From contig DUSK01000095.1 in the NCBI GenBank assembly GCA_012842275.1, forward strand, positions 1 through 59,995: DNA of 59,995 nucleotides, in the 5' to 3' direction. Every line of letters begins with the position of its first letter. Positions within the stretch are counted from its first letter, which is position 1. The position numbers were made by a program, and so were the translations under genes. This stretch comes from Syntrophaceticus sp. Its GTDB lineage: Bacteria > Bacillota > DSM-12270 > Thermacetogeniales > Thermacetogeniaceae. A model generated the notes under the pieces. The model saw nothing but the letters and a program-made list of their open reading frames with translations, did no database searches and had not been told where the DNA came from. This document shows, piece by piece, positions 55,017 to 59,995 of this stretch.

Positions 55017-55871
55017 TTGAGCCTTGTGAGTACTGCTGAGCTTTTGAAAAAGGCAGATGCAGTGGGCTGTGCAGTAGGTGCTTTTAACTGCAACAACTTG
55101 GAGATCTTGCAGGCTATTATCTCCGCTGCTGAGGCTGAACAATCCCCTGTGATCATTCAGGCCAGTCAGGGGGCGATCAGGTACGCAGGTCTTGAATACA
55201 TCACAGCCATGGCACGTGTGGCTGCTTTATCTGCCAGTGTGCCGGTGGCACTCCATTTGGACCACGGGACCGATTTCAAACAAGTGGTTGAGTGCATCAG
55301 AGCAGGTTTTACTTCTGTTATGATCGATGGTTCTCACCTTCCTCTGGAGGAAAATATAAAACTGACCAGGAAGGTGGTAGAAGTGGCACACGCGGTAGGG
55401 GTTTCAGTTGAGGGGGAACTGGGACGCCTGGTAGGCACTGAAGATGAGATCAGTGTTGATGAAAGAGAGGCCTTTTTTACTGACCCCCAGGAGGCTGCCG
55501 TTTTTGTCAGGGAAACAGGGATCGATGCCCTGGCACCCTCCATCGGTACTGCCCACGGCCGCTATCGCGGAAAGCCAAAATTGGATTTTGACAGGTTGAA
55601 GCAGATCAGGGAACTGGTCGGGATTCCTCTTGTGCTGCATGGATCCTCCGGTGTTCCTGCTGAGGACATCAGAAAAGCCATTTCCCTTGGTGTGCGCAAG
55701 GTGAATATTGATACAGATATCAGAGAAGGTTTTGTAAAGGAGATGCGAAGAGTGCTGGCAGCAGAGCCTGATGAAATTGATCCCCGCAAGATATTAGGGC
55801 CGGCACGCTCAAAAGCTGTGGAGGTGATCAGGGAAAAAGTCCGGCTGTTTGGTTCTGTAAAAGTTCTGTAA
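55017..55871 (+). CDS. fba: class II fructose-1,6-bisphosphate aldolase
   Basis: TTG 55017 after AAAGGGGG gives (M)SLVSTAELLKKA.., parallel to B. subtilis FbaA MPLVSMTEML. Motifs GAFNCNNLE, HLDHG, LVLHGSSG. The track start 54921 overlaps the upstream gene. Confidence 0.9.
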   Translation: MSLVSTAELLKKADAVGCAVGAFNCNNLEILQAIISAAEAEQSPVIIQASQGAIRYAGLEYITAMARVAALSASVPVALHLDHGTDFKQVVECIRAGFTSVMIDGSHLPLEENIKLTRKVVEVAHAVGVSVEGELGRLVGTEDEISVDEREAFFTDPQEAAVFVRETGIDALAPSIGTAHGRYRGKPKLDFDRLKQIRELVGIPLVLHGSSGVPAEDIRKAISLGVRKVNIDTDIREGFVKEMRRVLAAEPDEIDPRKILGPARSKAVEVIREKVRLFGSVKVL

Positions 55872-55909
55872 AAGGGACGGGAAGTATTGAGCCAGGGGGT
55901 AAGAATTAG

Positions 55910-56560
55910 ATGGAGATTTATTTGGATACTGCCAATGTTGATGAAATTAGAGAGGCTGTCAATTGGGGTGTGATAACCGGTGTCACTACCAACCCTACTC
56001 TGATTGCCAAAGAGAGCGGGCGTGACTTTCACGAAATAATCAAAGAGATCTGCGGGCTGGTTCAGGGGCCTGTTAGCGCTGAGGCGATCAGCCTGGATGT
56101 AGAGGGTATTATAAAAGAGGCGCGGGAACTGGCAGCTTTAGATCCCCATATTGTTATTAAAATCCCGGTAACAGAGAATGGCTTGGCTGCGGTGAAGGTG
56201 CTGTCCAGTGAAGGGATCCGCACCAATGTAACACTGGTGTTTAGCGCTCTGCAGGCCTTGTTGGCTGCACGGGCCGGTGCTACTTATGTCAGCCCCTTTA
56301 TCGGCCGGATCGATGATACAGGCCAGGATGGGTCAGATGTTTTGAGTGATATTATGGATATTTTCCGTAATTACCGGCTGGAAACCAAGGTGATCGCTGC
56401 TAGCATCCGTCATCCGCGCCATGTCCTGGAGGCAGCGCGGCTGGGGGCAGATATCGCCACTGTGCCCTTCAAGGTGCTGAAAACCATGTTCCGGCATCCC
56501 TTGACAGACCGCGGGATAGAACGTTTTCTTGCTGATTGGGAGAAAGTTATTAAAAGTTGA
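55910..56560 (+). CDS. tal: fructose-6-phosphate aldolase / transaldolase (short TalC/Fsa type)
   Basis: [21 protein letters not shown], plus the Schiff-base Lys region IKIP and the SPFIGR motif. 216 aa. Confidence 0.9.
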   Translation: MEIYLDTANVDEIREAVNWGVITGVTTNPTLIAKESGRDFHEIIKEICGLVQGPVSAEAISLDVEGIIKEARELAALDPHIVIKIPVTENGLAAVKVLSSEGIRTNVTLVFSALQALLAARAGATYVSPFIGRIDDTGQDGSDVLSDIMDIFRNYRLETKVIAASIRHPRHVLEAARLGADIATVPFKVLKTMFRHPLTDRGIERFLADWEKVIKS

Positions 56561-56568
56561 TATTCTGC

Positions 56569-56597
56569 TTGACTTTGATAATTAGTACTGGTAAAAT
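56569..56597 (+). promoter_or_regulatory. sigma-A promoter candidate for a long rho leader
   Basis: TTGACT (56569-56574), exact 17-nt spacer, TAAAAT (56592-56597), about 300 nt upstream of the rho ATG. Confidence 0.55.
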
Positions 56598-56903
56598 ATA
56601 CAAAATTGGCGAAGTCGGCTTTTTCCCCTATATTTTCTTAAAGCTTTAATAGCTGTAGTTCTTATTTCTTATTACCTTCCTTTGGTAACCCGCAGATTTA
56701 AGGGAAATCAAATTAATTATAAAACTGCTTAATTAGATAACTGCTGTTATTAATAGAGCTACCGTTATTTAAATAACTGCCGTTATTTAAAAATCCTGCC
56801 TGGAGGAATCAATTTCTCTGACATTATCAAGTATACCCAGGAACTATTATGTATGCGATTTTCATATTAAATACATTAAAATACATTAAACAGGAATGGT
56901 GAT

Positions 56904-58166
56904 ATGAACTTGAATATTACAGAGTTAGAGCAAAAGACCATGGCTGAACTCTATAAAATTGCCAAAGAGTTGGAGTTAACAGGATATTCCCGACTGCGAA
57001 AAAAGGAACTGATCTTTGAGATCATGAAGGCCCAAACAGAAAAGGACGGGCTTCTCTTTGCCCAGGGTATTTTGGAAATCCTTCCTGATGGCTATGGTTT
57101 TCTGCGCCCTTTCGCCTATCTGCCCAGTCATGATGATATCTATGTTTCACCTTCCCAGATCAGGCGGTTTGACCTGCGTACTGGGGACAAAGTAGCGGGA
57201 CAGGTGCGTGCTCCCAAAGAAACCGAGCGCTTTTTTGCACTGCTGAGGGTGGAATCGGTCAATGGTTATGACCCGGAAGAAGCCTCCCACAGGCTGCATT
57301 TTGACGCCCTGACCCCTATCTTCCCCAATAGCCGCCTGACCATGGAAAGTGAAGAAGTAACCGATATTTCCTGCCGGATCATTGACCTGGTGGCACCTTT
57401 GGGAAAGGGGCAGAGGGGCCTGATCGTTGCTCCCCCTAAGGCAGGTAAAACATTCCTGCTCAAAAAAATCGCCAATGCCATCACAAAGAATTACCCCGAT
57501 GTTTACTTGATGGTGCTGCTCATTGACGAACGCCCGGAAGAGGTTACAGATATGCAGCGTTCTGTAGAGGGTGAAGTGATCAGTTCCACTTTTGATGAGC
57601 CTCCGGAGAACCATGTCAAGGTATCGGAAATGGTTCTGGAGAGGGCGAAAAGGCTGGTGGAGCACAAGCGTGATGTGGTGATTCTGTTGGACAGCATCAC
57701 CCGTCTGGCCAGGGCTTATAATTTGGTTGTTCCTCCATCAGGCCGCACACTTTCCGGGGGAGTGGATCCCACAGCTTTGCATAAACCGAAGAGATTTTTT
57801 GGAGCCGCCCGCAACATTGAGGAGGGGGGCAGCCTTACTATCCTGGCCACAGCTCTGGTGGAAACCGGCAGCAGGATGGATGATGTGATCTTTGAGGAGT
57901 TCAAGGGTACAGGGAATATGGAGCTGGTATTGGACCGAAAACTGGCGGAAAAACGCATTTTCCCAGCTCTTGATGTTAAACGCTCAGGCACAAGGCGGGA
58001 GGAACTGCTGCTCAGCAAAGAGGAATTGGATTTGGTCTGGAACTTCAGAAGGACCTTTGCCAATTATGGCACAGCTGAGTGTATAGAAATGCTGATAGAT
58101 GCCATGAAAAAGACCAAAGCAAACAGCGACCTGCTGCGGGCACTGCCCCAACTCTTCCAGGAGTAA
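56904..58166 (+). CDS. rho: transcription termination factor Rho
   Basis: Rho N-terminal domain ([10 protein letters not shown]..), cold-shock-like RNA-binding domain (GYGFLR), Walker A PPKAGKT and the Q/R loops. Confidence 0.95.
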   Translation: MNLNITELEQKTMAELYKIAKELELTGYSRLRKKELIFEIMKAQTEKDGLLFAQGILEILPDGYGFLRPFAYLPSHDDIYVSPSQIRRFDLRTGDKVAGQVRAPKETERFFALLRVESVNGYDPEEASHRLHFDALTPIFPNSRLTMESEEVTDISCRIIDLVAPLGKGQRGLIVAPPKAGKTFLLKKIANAITKNYPDVYLMVLLIDERPEEVTDMQRSVEGEVISSTFDEPPENHVKVSEMVLERAKRLVEHKRDVVILLDSITRLARAYNLVVPPSGRTLSGGVDPTALHKPKRFFGAARNIEEGGSLTILATALVETGSRMDDVIFEEFKGTGNMELVLDRKLAEKRIFPALDVKRSGTRREELLLSKEELDLVWNFRRTFANYGTAECIEMLIDAMKKTKANSDLLRALPQLFQE

Positions 58167-58301
58167 ACCTGCTTATAAGTCTGCCAGCCTCGAAATTATT
58201 TACTCTCTCCGGATCGCATAGGCTTATCTTACCCTAAAATGTATAAATTCCAGGATGTGGGTAAAAATAGCAGTAGATATGGCTATAGCGAGGTGATAGA
58301 T

Positions 58302-59150
58302 ATGCGAAGCAAAAAGGCCATTATCTGCTGCTTGGCAGTACTGACGGGGCTGCTGATCCCCTTGCAACAGGCTGCTGCTTATTTTGCGGAGGATAGTTTT
58401 ACAGCATATTGGAATAAAGAATCGGTCGCAAAGGTGTCCGGGGGAGCTGTTTCTCCTGTATATACTGTTAAGCCGGGTGATACCCTGTGGAGTATCAGCC
58501 GCGTTTTTGGAGTCAGTTTGAGTGAGCTTAAAAGGTTAAATGGGATCCATGATGGGGATCTGATCAGAGTTGGGCAGGTTCTGCTACTCCCGGAAGTGAA
58601 AACACACCGGGTGTCCCGAGGAGAAACATTGTGGAGCCTGTCGCAACGCTATGGGACCAGTGTTGGTCAGCTGATGGATGTGAATCAGATAACAGATCCG
58701 ACTTCTCTGAAGGCCGGGCAGGAGTTGATCATCGCCGGAAATAGTAAAGGGGCACTGCCGGTTACGGGACAGGTACAAAAGATGATTTTTGCCTGGCCCC
58801 TCAAGGGCAGGATCACCTCCCAATTCGGACCCCGCAATGGGGGGGTTCACCACGGTTTGGATATCGCCGGTGAAATGGGAGAATTGATCAGAGCCGGTGA
58901 AAGTGGTGTTGTGACCACTGTCGGTTATCTCCCCTTTTACGGCAATACAGTGATCATCGACCATGGTGGGGGATATAAAACCCTGTACGGTCATGCTTCA
59001 GAGTATCTGGTCAAAAAGGGTGATATAGTAGAAAAGGGACAGCCCATTGCCAGAGTTGGTTCTACAGGCAGATCCACTGGCCCTCACCTCCATTTCGAAG
59101 TGAGGATCAACAACAAAGCAGTAAACCCCGTCCATTACCTGGAAAGCTAA
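58302..59150 (+). CDS. 2x LysM + M23 (LytM) peptidoglycan metalloendopeptidase
   Basis: ATG 58302 after GAGGTGA. Signal/anchor, two LysM repeats (YTVKPGDTLWSISRVFG.., HRVSRGETLWSLSQRYG..) and M23 motifs HHGLDI and GPHLHFEV. Confidence 0.85.
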   Translation: MRSKKAIICCLAVLTGLLIPLQQAAAYFAEDSFTAYWNKESVAKVSGGAVSPVYTVKPGDTLWSISRVFGVSLSELKRLNGIHDGDLIRVGQVLLLPEVKTHRVSRGETLWSLSQRYGTSVGQLMDVNQITDPTSLKAGQELIIAGNSKGALPVTGQVQKMIFAWPLKGRITSQFGPRNGGVHHGLDIAGEMGELIRAGESGVVTTVGYLPFYGNTVIIDHGGGYKTLYGHASEYLVKKGDIVEKGQPIARVGSTGRSTGPHLHFEVRINNKAVNPVHYLES

Positions 59151-59170
59151 TAGGCATTTGATGGAGCACT

Positions 59171-59200
59171 ACCGCACACCTTGTGGTGTGCGGTTATTAA
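59171..59200 (+). terminator. terminator-like hairpin
   Basis: ACCGCACACC-TTGT-GGTGTGCGGT perfect 10-bp stem followed by TATTAATTT. Confidence 0.65.
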
Positions 59201-59323
59201 TTTCCCCCATTTGTATTTTTGTTGCTTTGTCGTCTTGTTGTTTTATACTTATAAAATAAGCTAACAGTAGCACAGAAAAAAGTATTGCACTGTTAAGCTG
59301 ATAAAGGGTAGAGGGGGAACTGA

Positions 59324-59995
59324 ATGAAGCATATCTTTATTGTTAATCCTGCTGCAGGTCCGAAAAATGCTTTTGATGAGATTAAGAATTCGCTGCGGAA
59401 ATATGATGGAAAGCTGGACTATGAAATTTATACAACAAAAGGAAGAGGGGATGCTGTAAGTTTTGTTAAAAACCGATGTAGCACCCATTGGGGGAAAGTT
59501 AGATTATATGCATGTGGGGGGGATGGAACGCTAAACGAGGTTGTCAATGGGATGGCAGGTTACAAGCAGGCTAGTGTCAGCTGTTATCCTTGTGGAAGCG
59601 GAAACGACTTTGTAAAGTACTATGGTGGGAAGGAAAAGTTCCTTGACATAGACAGGCTTATTCATGCATCAGAGAAAACCATCGATTTGATAAAGGTTTC
59701 TGATAGATATTGTATCAATGTATGTCATTTTGGTTTCGATACTTGTGTTGCCAAAACAGTGGCTAAATTGAAAAGGAAAAAGATCATTGGCGGTAAAAAT
59801 TCATATATTGCTGCCGGGTTTAAAGCCTTTATCAAAGCGATGAGAAATCAGTGTAGAATAACAGTTGACGGAGAATTAATACAGGATGGAGATATGCTTG
59901 CATGCCACATAGCAAATGGCAGCTATGTGGGTGGTTCATTTAAATGTGCTCCTTTTGCGGTAAATGATGATGGACTTTTGGAAGTAAATCTAATA
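59324..59995 (+). CDS. diacylglycerol kinase-family lipid kinase (YegS/BmrU-like), 3' end outside the window
   Basis: Open frame from ATG 59324 (AGAGGGGGA RBS) to the window end. MKHIFIVNPAAG.. and the ACGGDGTLNEVVNG motif. Not in the ORF track because it has no stop. The antisense ORF 59261-59488 is rejected. Confidence 0.8.
   Translation, partial: MKHIFIVNPAAGPKNAFDEIKNSLRKYDGKLDYEIYTTKGRGDAVSFVKNRCSTHWGKVRLYACGGDGTLNEVVNGMAGYKQASVSCYPCGSGNDFVKYYGGKEKFLDIDRLIHASEKTIDLIKVSDRYCINVCHFGFDTCVAKTVAKLKRKKIIGGKNSYIAAGFKAFIKAMRNQCRITVDGELIQDGDMLACHIANGSYVGGSFKCAPFAVNDDGLLEVNLI

Noticed and set aside
59261-59488. 75-aa minus-strand ORF
   Set aside because: It overlaps the RBS-preceded start of the + strand DAG-kinase-family gene, which carries the GGDGT motif and stays open to the window end.

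Overview
This looks like a 60-kb chromosomal segment from an endospore-forming Firmicute of class Clostridia. GC is roughly 47-48% by eye, and a Peptococcaceae/Desulfitobacterium-like origin is only a guess. Nearly all genes are on the + strand and tightly packed, with many GTG/TTG starts and ATGA/TAATG coupling. The conserved backbone combines two Bacillus-type syntenic blocks. The first runs veg, ispE, spoVG, glmU, prs, ctc, pth, mfd, a PrsA-like PPIase, spoVT, a MurJ/SpoVB-like flippase, mazG/yabN, hup, yabO. The second runs spoIID, an LCP protein, murA, rlmH, argS, pyrG, fba, tal, rho. Several accessory blocks interrupt this backbone. (1) 0.6-9.4 kb holds a sporulation-type island. It contains a Cys-rich orphan protein, a serine protease plus patatin pair, and three tandem tiny YjcZ-like membrane peptides (absent from the ORF track) flanked by two paralogous orphan genes. 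It also has a YbaB-like protein, a GY-repeat protein, a YkwD/CAP protein with a long PQ/PE repeat, and a triple-SPOCS plus LysM SipL-like protein. Six of these units carry the same AC-N16/17-CATAT promoter-like motif. (2) spoIIR, an oppositely oriented ZIP transporter, and a cyanophycinase/cyanophycin synthetase pair. (3) A roughly 205-nt highly structured intergenic element between ispE and a GntR regulator. (4) The SCIFF six-cysteine peptide (absent from the track) with its radical SAM maturase. (5) 43.2-47.7 kb holds a translationally coupled five-gene cluster: a double-domain KaiC-like ATPase, a single-domain KaiC-like ATPase, a V4R protein, a small winged-helix protein and an orphan PAS histidine kinase, with no kaiA, kaiB or response regulator. 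I consider this the best candidate for an undescribed signalling system. I found no rRNA, tRNA, CRISPR array, transposase or integrase by eye. All family calls rest on motif recognition and memory of reference sequences, not on database searches.
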